Shown here: piece by piece, positions 28,655 through 39,407 of the stretch | Layout of the letters: every line of letters begins with the position of its first letter | Position numbering within the stretch: the first letter of the stretch is position 1 | Origin: Oligoflexia bacterium | GTDB taxonomy: Bacteria; Bdellovibrionota; UBA1018 | DNA: 64,000 nt | NCBI GenBank assembly: GCA_963758495.1 | Contig: CAVWVI010000004.1 | Location: 1-64,000 of the forward strand | Direction of reading: 5' to 3' | The notes under the pieces: model-generated | What the model saw: only the letters and a program-made list of their open reading frames with translations | The model's database searches: none | Told to the model about the DNA's origin: nothing | Position numbers and translations under genes: made by a program

Positions 28655-29254
28655 TTAATTTTTCATAGCCTCGGGCCTACATCCCTGCTTCAATTGAATT
28701 TTCAAATCACATTGGCCCGCAAAATAGGATACACATCCCTTCTTGGTCTTGAATTTATCAAAAGACCAGATCATCTCGCCATTCACAATATCTTTTGAAT
28801 GTTTCTCCCAAAACTCCCCAGAAACGCAGATATGGGACTCCTCTTTCGTAAGTTTATTAAACTCATTTTGAAAATATTTACATGATTCAAGTCGAATTGC
28901 CCTGCGAGTGAGGTAGTCATGACTTCCATCTTTTTTTGATCGAATCTCCAAAGCTAAAATAACCATCATGGATTTCTCATCTTCATCATAATCAGGGTCA
29001 TCACATCGAAGGGCGGCGTCGCTCGTAGAATAACATCTCCAATAGGAATAGATGGTATCTCCATCCAGAGCAAATGGTACTGCTTGAGCAACACAGGTAT
29101 TTATGGCGAGGTCCTCTTCACTGAGAATGCCATAGTCATCACCAATTAATCCAAATGGGTAGGCTACTTTCAGTTTCTGTATATGGCTGAGTTGGTGAAA
29201 AGCGCACCCACTCAGAGCAAGAAAAATAGGTACAAGCGCTTTCATTTTTTGCAT
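28655..29254 (-). CDS. Cys-rich lipoprotein, copy 1
   Basis: Lipobox LSGC; overlaps the upstream SLT gene; paralogue at 35128-35731. Confidence 0.8.
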   Translation of the reverse strand: MQKMKALVPIFLALSGCAFHQLSHIQKLKVAYPFGLIGDDYGILSEEDLAINTCVAQAVPFALDGDTIYSYWRCYSTSDAALRCDDPDYDEDEKSMMVILALEIRSKKDGSHDYLTRRAIRLESCKYFQNEFNKLTKEESHICVSGEFWEKHSKDIVNGEMIWSFDKFKTKKGCVSYFAGQCDLKIQLKQGCRPEAMKN

Positions 29255-30072
29255 GAATTGTACTGCTTGTAGTATCTTTTAAATCTGTCAAACAGCTCCC
29301 GCGCGCGGTCTCGAATGCTTTTGGTTTTCGCTTTTAACTTCCTCGTAAGGCTCTTGTATTCAGCAACTCCTTCTTCCCAAGAAGCCTGCTTTCCAAGCTT
29401 CGCAGAAGCTCTTTCACGCTTATAAAAAAGCCATCGAATTCCGGCGCAAATATTAGTGCCTGGATCATTTAAGTCTTCTCGGGTCAGATCAAGATGATAA
29501 GCTTTGAGCTCTCCTTTTCTATTTCCCAAAATTATCCTGGTATCATCCGTAATCTGGGTCAAGCCGCGGGCGCTAGCAGGATTTTTAGGGTCTGCTAAAC
29601 TTAGGGGATTAAAAGTAGATTCCGACTTAACTAATGCCTTTACTAAATTTGGATCAAGAGGCGGATCTGATTTAAAAACTTCGTTCCAATACTGGGTCCA
29701 ACCAGCAATAAAATCATCAAATTCGCTACTCTCACCCTTTTTTGGTCTAAGCGCACAAGGCTTCTTTTGTGATTTGAATGTATTTGTGCTGGCAATTTTT
29801 TTGATATCCTGAGGAGAAAGACCCACTTTACTACTCGCTGGATTTCGCGCACAATGAGCCCTTCTAGTGGTTACACCGATAGGATTTTTCTTACTGGGGG
29901 GAACAGTTAAAGGATGCGTCTTCACCCAATGAGAGCCAATTGGGCACGGCTCAGACAAAATCGAATTTTTGATCTTCTTTTTCGAAGTCGTTGCTGTTCG
30001 CTTTCGTTTTGTCGACTTCTTATCTATTTTTTTTGCCATCTCCAACCCTTTATTATTTCCTCTCTGAGTCAC
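29242..30072 (-). CDS. Lytic transglycosylase (SLT-domain) protein, copy 1
   Basis: LVKALVKSESTFNP, ARGLTQI and LNDPGTNICAGIRWL motifs; basic N-terminus with no signal peptide. Confidence 0.85.
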   Translation of the reverse strand: MTQRGNNKGLEMAKKIDKKSTKRKRTATTSKKKIKNSILSEPCPIGSHWVKTHPLTVPPSKKNPIGVTTRRAHCARNPASSKVGLSPQDIKKIASTNTFKSQKKPCALRPKKGESSEFDDFIAGWTQYWNEVFKSDPPLDPNLVKALVKSESTFNPLSLADPKNPASARGLTQITDDTRIILGNRKGELKAYHLDLTREDLNDPGTNICAGIRWLFYKRERASAKLGKQASWEEGVAEYKSLTRKLKAKTKSIRDRARELFDRFKRYYKQYNSCKK

Positions 30073-30112
30073 AATGTGAATTTTCAGATTTCCTAGGCTC
30101 TTTACTTAAGAA

Positions 30113-31129
30113 TCACACTCTGTTGAACTCCTGCTCAAACTCAGCAATAGTCTTCAAGATCAATTCCCAATCCGGAATTTCTCTCAAAAACATTTGCTTC
30201 ATCAATCGAAAATCCTCCCCCAGTGCATTCAATGATCTCTCCTGAGGAGAAAGCTTTAAAGTCCCTCTCCGTGCGGTTCCATAGTTGGCCCATCCAGAAG
30301 CAAAATAAATGCTTTTGTGAGTCGCAACTCGCTCGAGCAGATCCACCTGCGCGAGTGCTTTTTCCTTAATGTCTGACCTCAGAAGGCAATAAAAATCATA
30401 AAGATGTCTTGAGATTCTTGGAGGAATACCTCTTCCTTCTGGCAGATGAGCATATTGATGGAGAATCGTAGCTTTTTCCCAAAATGTTCTCTCAGCATTG
30501 AGAACCCTAACTGAGACTTTGGCTTCTTCAATTTTGTCTTTTAAAGTCGACTTGGCGTAGCTCTGAATTGAATGCTGACTTACGGGCCAATGCTCTGACC
30601 GAGCACCCATCTCTATTTTCACAAATGGCCGAATATACCCACCACGCGATACTTGGGTTGGATACTCGAAAAGCAGGGTTTGTCCATCTGGATCCTCGGG
30701 ATCAATCACAAGATCCCATCCGATTTCTGATCCAAGTACGTCCATAAAATTTGCCTTTAGATCAACCAACATTTCCTTTCGGACATAGTCCGAACAAGCT
30801 TTGCCCAGCTCCTCGATAGAAGCCCTTTGCTTTTTCTTTGACACCGCTTTTTCAGGATCATTGACATCGTCGAATCCAAAGAACCCTTTTTCAATGGACA
30901 CATCAATGTCTTCAGAGAATCGATGAATGACCCCGTATACCTTCGAGAGAGATGTCCCACCTTTGAACGTCAAATGGGACTGGAGGTCATTCAAAGAAAA
31001 AAGGCGTTCCAACGTCCACACAACCCAAAAGTCCTTTTCGATAATTTCAAAGGAAATCAGGGATTCATCGGAAGCAAACCTAAAAAATAAACTTCTCTCT
31101 TCCGTCGATAACAAATGGAGTTTCTTCAC
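30113..31129 (-). CDS. AbiEii-type nucleotidyltransferase toxin
   Basis: IEKDFWV, FKGGTSLSK, RFSEDID, ERTFWEK, SRHLYD. Confidence 0.92.
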   Translation of the reverse strand: MKKLHLLSTEERSLFFRFASDESLISFEIIEKDFWVVWTLERLFSLNDLQSHLTFKGGTSLSKVYGVIHRFSEDIDVSIEKGFFGFDDVNDPEKAVSKKKQRASIEELGKACSDYVRKEMLVDLKANFMDVLGSEIGWDLVIDPEDPDGQTLLFEYPTQVSRGGYIRPFVKIEMGARSEHWPVSQHSIQSYAKSTLKDKIEEAKVSVRVLNAERTFWEKATILHQYAHLPEGRGIPPRISRHLYDFYCLLRSDIKEKALAQVDLLERVATHKSIYFASGWANYGTARRGTLKLSPQERSLNALGEDFRLMKQMFLREIPDWELILKTIAEFEQEFNRV

Positions 31130-31737
31130 TTGAGTGAATCTCCCATGATTTCAAAAATCAACGATCGAACCCACACTGGGGCATGTTTCAAGTTCTTACT
31201 CACCGCTTGTAGGCTCTGCCCTTGAAGGAATTTACGAGTTCTTCCACGAGCAGCCTGATCAATATTTTCCTTCTTCATAAATTTAAATGCCTGAATCACA
31301 AGCCCTTCCCTTGTGCCTGCGGCATGCATTGCTTTCGCTGTTGCTGTCCTAAATGAAATTTCAGTTTTTCCAATTTTGATCTTTTTTGAAGGACCATCGG
31401 TTAAGAAAACTACTTTTCCCGGTACCTGATCCGATATGCCAATCAAATTTGCTGCATAAGCTCCCGATGGTTGAACTTTGGTACCATTCTTTTCAGAAAT
31501 TGCTCGAGCAACTTGGTTCAAATCTGGTGGGACCAGACCTAATACCTCATGGTGAATCGGATAGTCATAAACGCCCTGCACCAATCTTCTGATTACCTTC
31601 TCCCGCTCCAAGCGTGATAAAGCTGCTCTAATCCCAGTGTCTGTTCCCAAATCTAGAAAGTGCTTTGGTGTGAAGCACCATCCTTCTCCATGACGCACAA
31701 TTCTACTTTTTATTGCATTTACGATACTTTGCGACAT
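31126..31737 (-). CDS. DUF6088/AbiEi-like antitoxin
   Basis: MSQSI..FTPKHFLDLG..ALSRL..QGVYDYP..ANLIGISDQVP; stop overlaps the toxin start. Confidence 0.85.
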   Translation of the reverse strand: MSQSIVNAIKSRIVRHGEGWCFTPKHFLDLGTDTGIRAALSRLEREKVIRRLVQGVYDYPIHHEVLGLVPPDLNQVARAISEKNGTKVQPSGAYAANLIGISDQVPGKVVFLTDGPSKKIKIGKTEISFRTATAKAMHAAGTREGLVIQAFKFMKKENIDQAARGRTRKFLQGQSLQAVSKNLKHAPVWVRSLIFEIMGDSLK

Positions 31738-31745
31738 ATATTCCT

Positions 31746-31775
31746 TGTCACAAAATATACCTATATTTTGTGACA
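31746..31775. promoter_or_regulatory. Perfect 14-bp inverted-repeat operator of the AbiE operon
   Basis: TGTCACAAAATATA-CC-TATATTTTGTGACA just upstream of the antitoxin ATG. Confidence 0.75.
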
Positions 31776-31789
31776 TATTCAAATCAATT

Positions 31790-32388
31790 CTGCCACTGAA
31801 AATAAGCCGAACTACCCAGAGTTGGATCTTCAAAATTTCGCCACCGATTGAAATCCCAGAAAGCTCGGTAAAGTCTCCCTCCATAACATCACCTGGGAAA
31901 TGTTCGCGTTGAAAGAATACTGGCGCCGGATCCGATACCCTGGTTATACTCTCCAACCGTCTCAGAAGGGTCCGATAACTCCCCTTGTAACCTTCCCTTC
32001 TCAGTCGTGACAAAATGCTCTTTACTTGGGTTTTTGGGTATTGGCGAAGCATCTCATGTGCAATTTGGAGATGAGCTTCAGACAGGGGATCAGGGCGGGT
32101 AGATACAGTCCGTGTATAAGACGGAACTGACCCACTTTTAAGATAATTTCTCACAGTCCTTTCGGACAACCCTAGTTCAATTCCAATTTCTTTTTGGGTT
32201 TTGCCATCATTCCTTAGCTGAATAATCCTTTTGAACTCAGTCATTAAAATCATACTCCGGTTAACTCCAATAGAGCGAGTTCTACCCGAGAGACGACTGG
32301 AGGCAAAACCTCCAGGTACTGTTAACTATTTCAGTTAACCGGCAAATTTAATTGGCACTGGACCGGCAAGATTCATTGGCACTAGCCA
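31790..32388 (-). mobile_element. istA: IS21-family remnant (left end plus istA 5' fragment)
   Basis: HTH, GYKGSY and HFPGDVMEGDF. The end starts TG at 32388 with tandem AGTGCCAATNAAWYTTGCCGGT repeats. Truncated. Confidence 0.85.
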
Positions 32389-32409
32389 TTTGCTGTCCCG
32401 TCATCTTCT

Positions 32410-32985
32410 TCATGCCAAAACCTCCAGGTACGGTCTCAATCGATGATCTACTTTAAGTTGAACTGCCATATCCAATATTTTGCCAGGCGTAGTCTTCTTC
32501 TGTTGGATGGATCTCTTAAGTGCGTCGATAAAAGTCTGCAATCCCACCAAACGACGATAAATCAAGCAGTCCACTAAAGTGCGTTCGAGCGAAGTAATCC
32601 TATATCCATTCTCCTTTACTATTCCGATCTCCCACAATGGGCTTCGGCATCGTAGGAGCTTCAAATCTTTATGAGCGGTTCGTTTGGATACAGGAACCAT
32701 GATCCATACTTTTCTAGGGATGGTATCTGTAAGATTGTACTGAACCAACGCTGATACGAGACAAATCGCCGATGGATACCCCATTCGCAGGGTTGCTGCA
32801 TTGAGCTGATCTTCATTGGAAAATTCAGCGTTCACAGATTGATATATACCTCTCGCTACACGCTCAATTTGTCCCGACTCATATAAACTCTGCAACGTTC
32901 GCTTTGATAAGCCCAATTCTTCAGCTTGCTTCACTGAAAAGAGACGTTTCCTGAGCTGTTTCGGGAACTTAATGGCGACTGTCAT
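32410..32985 (-). CDS. AbiEi-family antitoxin; cognate downstream gene cut by IS21 after 8 codons
   Basis: IERVARGIY, ICLVSAL, TSLERTLVD. Overlapping ATG 32413 (MKKMTGQQ) runs into the IS21 end. Confidence 0.85.
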   Translation of the reverse strand: MTVAIKFPKQLRKRLFSVKQAEELGLSKRTLQSLYESGQIERVARGIYQSVNAEFSNEDQLNAATLRMGYPSAICLVSALVQYNLTDTIPRKVWIMVPVSKRTAHKDLKLLRCRSPLWEIGIVKENGYRITSLERTLVDCLIYRRLVGLQTFIDALKRSIQQKKTTPGKILDMAVQLKVDHRLRPYLEVLA

Positions 32986-32988
32986 ATT

Positions 32989-33032
32989 GGTTAAAAGTTG
33001 ACACAATTTTATTTTTGTGTCAACTTTTAACC
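32989..33032. promoter_or_regulatory. Perfect 18-bp inverted-repeat operator
   Basis: GGTTAAAAGTTGACACAA-8nt-TTGTGTCAACTTTTAACC directly upstream of abiEi. Confidence 0.75.
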
Positions 33033-33215
33033 TATTAAAAATGAAAACTTTGAAATGTCTCGATGCTCGGGAAAAACTCGCTACGGAACGCTTGCATGAC
33101 TCCCGAAAAAAAATGAAATCGCGTCTGAAAAACATTTTGGAACCATGAATGATAAACTATTTGACAATCTGTACGACTAGTCAGACACTAAAAACGTAAC
33201 GGGGTACTTATAAAG

Positions 33216-33533
33216 ATGGCTAAAATTGCTACATCAAAAAAGCAAAAATCACCTGAGAAAAAGCCCCTCATTACCCATGTACAGGTAGAAGGTTCAGAAC
33301 TTAAGAACTCCAAGTTGGTTAGCGAAACCCTACTGGAGTGTGTCCGAACCGGGGACCTAGATTCGTTTCGCGATGTTTTAGCCACCCACATCATGAGCAG
33401 TAACAAAGTGCACCTTGCCAAGAGATCCGGTCTCGGAAGACAAACCCTCTACGATCTTATCGATCCTAAGAGAAATTTTGACCCTGCTCTATCTACCGTG
33501 TCCGCCATTGTCCGAGGGCTAGCAGAATGCTGA
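33216..33533 (+). CDS. Addiction-module antidote-like HTH protein
   Basis: LAKRSGLGRQTLYDL..NFDPALSTV helix-turn-helix. Confidence 0.7.
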   Translation: MAKIATSKKQKSPEKKPLITHVQVEGSELKNSKLVSETLLECVRTGDLDSFRDVLATHIMSSNKVHLAKRSGLGRQTLYDLIDPKRNFDPALSTVSAIVRGLAEC

Positions 33534-33793
33534 CCTCAATAGCCTACAATACCAGAGTCAAACACTTTGGCTATAATAGCCAAAAAAGAGACGTAAGTAC
33601 GCAGAATTGTTCAGAAAGGGTCTGTCACCCCATTTTTAAATCAGAACTGGAATTTTCCTCCGCTGTCACAAAAACAGCGGGGGCAGTTCCATCCCGAATC
33701 ACGAACTCCAGTCCCCTCATCCCATTAGAATCCAAATCACCCACCGCAATCGCGGTTCTCATCATTTCATAGTGGGTCCTCCTTCAAGAAGCG

Positions 33794-34978
33794 CTAGTGG
33801 CAAGCGTATAGCCGTCTTAAACGATAATTTTCGAAGTTCTTAAACCCGAAGGCCCGCCGCTGGACTAGCTTGGCAAGGTTGTTAAATCCTTCAGTTCTCG
33901 CATTGGTTAATTTCGTAGTAAAATAATTCAGTATTTCAGATTTCCATTTTGCAAGTGTTTCACTGAGTGTCTTGATCGGTTTAAGATTGGACTTGGAAGC
34001 AAGATCGATCAGTTTATCCATTTTCTTCTCAGCTCGGGTACGCCCGCGTGTGTTGTAGAGACGGTGGAGCCTCTAATGAAAATTGTAATACTCCTTCAAC
34101 GTCTCATTCCCTTTGAGTTGTAGCATTTGAGCGATTTGAACCTTCTGTTCATGGTCCAACTTGTCCTCCCGTTTAAATAAAAGTCTTGCACTTGGGTGTG
34201 AGGTCAGATGTCCTACCTTCTCGCGTCTACAGCGACTTAGTGGTCGCGAGATGAGCTTTAAAACGTGAAATTTGTCGATCGTTAACTTCGCATTTGGGAA
34301 GTTGTTTTTTGAGAAATTCCGGAATGCTTCGCACATGTCTATAATCACATTTTTTACGTTCTCTTTACCTGGAATTGACTCTGTCTTCTTGGTTAGAATT
34401 GATTCACTTTTACCGTCTACTGCTTCAAATATTCTTTTGTTCTTATAGTCAATAAACACTGAAGCAAACTCCACAGTCCCTTTTACTCGACGAAAAGAAT
34501 GTTCGTCGAGACCAATCGTTGCTGGCCACGGATACTGATTATTCATTCTCCTTTGAAGTTCTAGCTGTTGGTAAAAAACATTGAAAACATAGCCGGGGGA
34601 AATCCTGTACACCGATTGTACTTTTTTTAAGCTAGTGAATGTTTCACAACCCCACAGTACCGCTCTCTTAAAGCGTTCCGAGGTGCGATGCCCCTTTTTT
34701 ATTCCCACTACCGGTTCAGTAAATGGTCTCTTACAATCAGTACACCAAAAGCGCCTCTTAATTAGTTCAAGTATCACCCCTCGATTGCCAAGAGGTTCAT
34801 CACGTATTGTAACTTTCCTGCGATCATAAACGCTCATACTAGGGCTAGCGCATTTTGGACAAACTTCCATTTTTGACCTTTTGACGCCCGTCAAAATCAC
34901 CGACTTCTTTTGAAACCGTTGTCCTGTAATTTCCACTTCCTTGAATGACAAAATTTGGGTACTTAGTTGGCCGGGCAT
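33794..34978 (-). pseudogene. ISL3-family transposase with in-frame TAG
   Basis: CPKC/CTDC zinc finger, IGLDEHS, IDM, DKFHV, TNARTEGFN, AFGFKNFENYRLR. TAG at 34073-34075. GGCTCTCC end at 35090. Confidence 0.9.
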
Positions 34979-35127
34979 AGTTGGACTTCCTGTTAAAAAA
35001 ATTTAAGAGTTTGATCAACGAGGTCTACTATGCTTTTTTTATTTGTCAACTATTCTGCTTGCTTGAACCCACCATCAAAGTAGGAGAGCCGTTTCCTCCA
35101 CCCAACAGTGGTTGAGAACTTCCTGTT

Positions 35128-35731
35128 TTATTTTTTATAGTATTTTGGTTTACAGCCTCTCTCCAATTGAATTCTTAAATTACATTCGTCGGAAAAATAG
35201 GAAACACAACCTTTTTTTGTCTTGAACTTATCGAACGACCAAATCATCTCAGCAGTCTCGGTATCGCCTGAGTGCTTTTCCCAAAACTCTCCAGAGACAC
35301 AAAAATGTGATTCATCTTGCGTCATTTTATTAAATCGCTCTTGAAAATATTTACATGACTCTAGCCGAATTGCCCTTCGAGGGAGATAATCATGACTTCC
35401 ATCCTTTTTTGATCGAATCTCCAGAACTAAAATAACCATCATGGACTTTTCGTCTTCATCATAATCTGGATCATCGCAGCGTAGAGATGCATCTTTTGTA
35501 GAATAGCATCTCCAATAGGGAAAAACGGTGTCACCATCCAAAGAAAAAGGTACTGACTGGGTAACGTTACAGGTATTTATGGCAAGGTCCTCCTCATTGA
35601 GAATACCATAGTCATCACCAATCAATCCAAATGGATAGACTTCTTTCAATCTTTGTAGATGACTAAGCTGTTGGGAAGCACATCCAAGCCAATGTAACTA
35701 AGGTAAGCGAGAGCGCTATTAGTTTTTGCAT
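35128..35731 (-). pseudogene. Cys-rich lipoprotein, copy 2 (frameshift in the signal peptide)
   Basis: Highly similar to 28655-29254; ATG 35731 is out of frame with the mature domain. Confidence 0.8.
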
Positions 35732-36531
35732 GATTTGTACTGCTTGTAATATCTTTTAAATCTACCAATCAGCTCCTGAGCTCGGCTACGAATACTTTTG
35801 GTTTTGGCTTTTAACTTCCTCCTAAGACTCTTATATTCAGCCACGCCTTCTTCCCAAGAAGCAGTCCTTCCAAGTTTTGCTGAGGCTCGTTCACGTTTAT
35901 AAAAAAGCCATCGAATTCCAGCACAAATATTGGTACTTGGATCATTTAAGTCTTCTCTACGTTAGATCAAAGTAGTAATCTTTGAGTTCTCCCTTTTCTG
36001 TTACCCAAAATAACCCGTGTATCATCCGTAATCTGCATCAATCCTCTCGCACTTGCTGGATTTGTCAGGGTCAGCTAAACGTAATGGCTTAAAAGTTGAC
36101 TCTGACTTGATTAGTGCCTTTATTAAATTGGGATCAAGAGGCTCATCCGGTTTAAACATTTCGTTCCAATACTGAGTCCAACCAGCAATCAAATCATCAA
36201 ACTCGTTGCTTTCGTCAATTTTCGATTTAAGTGCACAAGGCTTCTTCTTGGATTTGAATGTATCCGAGTTGCCGATTTTTTTGATGTCCTGGGGACTGAA
36301 ACTAATCCTGCTACTCGCAGGATTTCGAGCGCAGTGTTCTCGTCGGATTGTAATACCCAACGGACTTTTCTCACTTGGAGACACTTTCATGGGATGCTTT
36401 TGTATCCAATGCTTACCAATCGGGCATACCTTAGACGATACTCTTTTACGCTCCTTTTTTTCTATTTTCTTCAAAGATCGACTTTTTTTTGCAGTATTTT
36501 TATTTCTAGTCTTTTTGGCTGATTTCGACAT
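35719..36531 (-). pseudogene. SLT transglycosylase, copy 2 (frameshifted)
   Basis: Colinear with 29242-30072; frame lost after LADPD near 36060. Confidence 0.85.
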
Positions 36532-36549
36532 TATGCTCTTATCTAAATT

Positions 36550-37476
36550 TTAAAAACCAAGTTTTCGTTTTAGCTTATTCAAAGAGTCTCCATGTTTCGT
36601 TCTATCCTTCTCCTTCAACAACCGAATATTCCTCAGCTTCCACTGGATCGCTGGCAACCTATCAACACCAGCAACCGCCAGCAATTTCCAATCTGGCTCA
36701 CCTTGCTTCAAACTAATCAAAAATTTACGCTCTTCGTCGCTCATGGAATTTGAAATAATCTCAATATACTCTTCTCGAACTTTTATCAGTTCATCAAGAG
36801 TCAATTCACCCTCTACCATTCCAACGAACTCTCGCTCAAACGATTGCTTTATGTCCTTCCGATTAGGCTGAATGATTTCATTGATGGGTCTATCGTGACT
36901 CGAAAGATAGACCAAAAAGGCCTTCCGAATTTCATCGGTAATTCCTTCATTTTCGAGAAGTATCTTCATATCATAAATATCCCGAGGATGCTGCCGATCC
37001 AGGGCAGCGCAAAGTTTACCACCATACAGATCAGCAAACGATAACGTTGTGATTGAAACCGTTTTCTCAAAGAGAAGTTCCGCTCGATTGCACAGCTCCC
37101 TTTCTTGAGTCGGAAAAACAAACCCTCGAATGACTTCATTAGGTTCAATTTTTATTTGAGCTTCCCTATCAATGACAACGAGTTTAGATATCCTCTGATC
37201 ACCCTTTGCTCGAGTCCGTTGCACCTTGAGATTTGGCCGGACCTTTTCAATTGAGGTAGCAATTCTATCAAGCGCTGCTGAAATATTAGCCAATGAAGTG
37301 TTCCGATCCTCAATCGGCAGATAGGTTAAGTCAAGGTCAACAGAAAGACGAGGCATATCCCGCCAGAAGAAGTTGATTGCGGTTCCACCTTTCAATGCAA
37401 AACAGTTTTCTTTAGCTACCTCTGGAATCATTTGAACCATGAGGTTAGCCTCTTTGTAAAATGGACTTTGTTTCAT
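36550..37476 (-). CDS. AbiEii-type nucleotidyltransferase toxin
   Basis: FALKGGTAIN, RLSVDLD, GGKLCAALDRQHPRD; TGATG coupling to the antitoxin. Confidence 0.92.
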   Translation of the reverse strand: MKQSPFYKEANLMVQMIPEVAKENCFALKGGTAINFFWRDMPRLSVDLDLTYLPIEDRNTSLANISAALDRIATSIEKVRPNLKVQRTRAKGDQRISKLVVIDREAQIKIEPNEVIRGFVFPTQERELCNRAELLFEKTVSITTLSFADLYGGKLCAALDRQHPRDIYDMKILLENEGITDEIRKAFLVYLSSHDRPINEIIQPNRKDIKQSFEREFVGMVEGELTLDELIKVREEYIEIISNSMSDEERKFLISLKQGEPDWKLLAVAGVDRLPAIQWKLRNIRLLKEKDRTKHGDSLNKLKRKLGF

Positions 37477-38282
37477 CAAGTGGATTCCTTTTCTTGATCT
37501 GATAATCGGGGGGAGACCATACTCCGAGGAACGGTAATTCCATACTTCGTATTCAGCACTCCCTCTTTTTCGATCACCCTCTTTCCGCTCCCAAGATTCA
37601 CCTGAGATAGATCTAACTTTTTTACCCAAGGATGGTTGCATTCTTCTGCTAGAAAAAGAAAAAGTCGCTTTGCCTTGATCGACCGGCAGGAGACCAGGAG
37701 TTTTTGTACTATTTTGGGACGTAACGTAGTGAGTCCCTCCATTAAGAGTTTTGCTTCTTCAAATGATTCTTCATTTGGAACTAGAGAAAGAAACTCAAGA
37801 ATTGCTCTTTCAGATGCGGAGACCAAAACGGTGAATGCACCCATTTCATGTGGAGAAACACCGAATCCAGAATCTACTCGCAAAAGGTCTGAAGTGATTA
37901 ACATCGGCTTAACCCCCCAGTCATGCTTCTGAAACCAGGCAGGAAGCTTTGTATTGGGTTCGCCAAAAAGTGAGAGTATCCAGTCCTTTCCTTGCGGGAT
38001 GAAGTGCCCCTGTCCCTTCAAGAGCAACGCTGTTTTACCTCCTACGTGAATCGAGAGTTTTAATTGGGACTGGATCGCATAGAGTCCCCCAGCCCACTCT
38101 ACCTTATCTCCAGCTCGCACCACGGCTCCGTGGCCTATAGGCTTTAGCCAGCCACTCTTTCGGTACTTATAGATGAGATCAAATCCAAACCCTTGCTCAT
38201 GGAGCCAGGAACATGCAAAAACACTCTGAGGGGGCCAATGGGAAAGAAGTTGGTTTAATTTTCCTCTTTTTTCTAGACTCAT
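37476..38282 (-). CDS. AbiEi-family antitoxin
   Basis: KLNQLL, HVGGKTAL, SERAILE, CRSIKAKRLFL, LGSGKR. Confidence 0.9.
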   Translation of the reverse strand: MSLEKRGKLNQLLSHWPPQSVFACSWLHEQGFGFDLIYKYRKSGWLKPIGHGAVVRAGDKVEWAGGLYAIQSQLKLSIHVGGKTALLLKGQGHFIPQGKDWILSLFGEPNTKLPAWFQKHDWGVKPMLITSDLLRVDSGFGVSPHEMGAFTVLVSASERAILEFLSLVPNEESFEEAKLLMEGLTTLRPKIVQKLLVSCRSIKAKRLFLFLAEECNHPWVKKLDLSQVNLGSGKRVIEKEGVLNTKYGITVPRSMVSPRLSDQEKEST

Positions 38283-38331
38283 GGTCTATATTTTAGTGTA
38301 AATTTAAACTAAAAACAAGGTGTGGTTTACT

Positions 38332-38691
38332 TTAGATCGAATATATAGACTTTAAGTCGATATTATCTAGTATTTTCTGAACCGATCTAGCGTGCCATGC
38401 ACCTCGCCCTGACTTTGTGGAGATTTTCATCGAATTCAGAATGTCAGCAATCTTCCAATAGCTGAATCCCTGTGTCCGAAGCTTTGTCATCTTCTCGATA
38501 TTCTCTAACTCCCGCTGATAAACGACAACCTTGCGATTACGCCACGCCTCACCATAACGGAGCTGAGATCGAGTCTTATACTCCGCATCATTAGGCCTAA
38601 TCGAAACGCCGTAGGCCTTCAAGTGGGAAGCCACCGCCGTCCTGGAGGAAAAAATTTCAGCTGCAATTTCCTGAGTCGAGAGCCTTTCCAC
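38332..38691 (-). pseudogene. Recombinase-family DNA-binding domain fragment
   Basis: YGEAW..GFSYWKIADILN..TKSGRGAWHARSVQKIL; no catalytic domain. Confidence 0.65.
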
Positions 38692-38867
38692 CTCGTTTTG
38701 TAAGGGCTTTAACTCTCTATTGGATGCATATTTTGAAGAACTCTAATGGTAAAACCTTATCTATTTGATTTTATTAATGATAGTCAATTTCTGATCTATT
38801 TATGTGAAAGTTAAAACTATCAACTATTTTAATTTGTGATAGTTAAAACTACCAATATATTTTCATT

Positions 38868-39407
38868 TTGATAGTTTTAACTTATACTTTATTCATGAAA
38901 ACCAAAAAGAAGATGCTTGTTAACCAGCGAAAAATTTTAGAAAAGAAAATTGAAGCATGGATTCCACTGCGATCAAACCGAGTACCTCCTTCAGGGTGGC
39001 TAAAGGCCATTCGAGGAGCATTGGGAATTAATGCAAGTCAAATGGCCAAATTTTTAGGGGTTACACACTCTGCCATTCGTCAGTTTGAGAAAAATGAAAC
39101 TCAACATAAAATCTCTTTAGAAACGATCGAGAAAGTTGCTCACGCTATGCACTGTAAGTTGGTCTATGCAATTGTTCCGCAAGAACCCTACTCAAATTTT
39201 GAAGCAATCATAGATGAACGAGCCACCCAAGCAGCTCGATCTGTCGTTTCTAAAGTTGACCACACTATGAAATTGGAACAGCAAGGAATAAGCAGAGACA
39301 GACTGAATGAACAGATCCGAGAAATTGCTCGCGAATTAAAAGATAATATGGACTCCACACTTTGGGAATCTGCGAAAGACCTTTCGAGGCAGAGAAAATT
39401 AAAATGA
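38868..39407 (+). CDS. Mobile mystery protein A (XRE HTH)
   Basis: PPSGWLKAIRGALG, CKLVYAIVP, HTMKLEQQ. Confidence 0.88.
   Translation: MIVLTYTLFMKTKKKMLVNQRKILEKKIEAWIPLRSNRVPPSGWLKAIRGALGINASQMAKFLGVTHSAIRQFEKNETQHKISLETIEKVAHAMHCKLVYAIVPQEPYSNFEAIIDERATQAARSVVSKVDHTMKLEQQGISRDRLNEQIREIARELKDNMDSTLWESAKDLSRQRKLK

Noticed and set aside
31126..32253. 375-aa IstA-DUF6088 fusion as a novel protein
   Set aside because: Chance in-frame join of a truncated IS21 with the antitoxin promoter; the operator palindrome and the antitoxin's own ATG lie within it.
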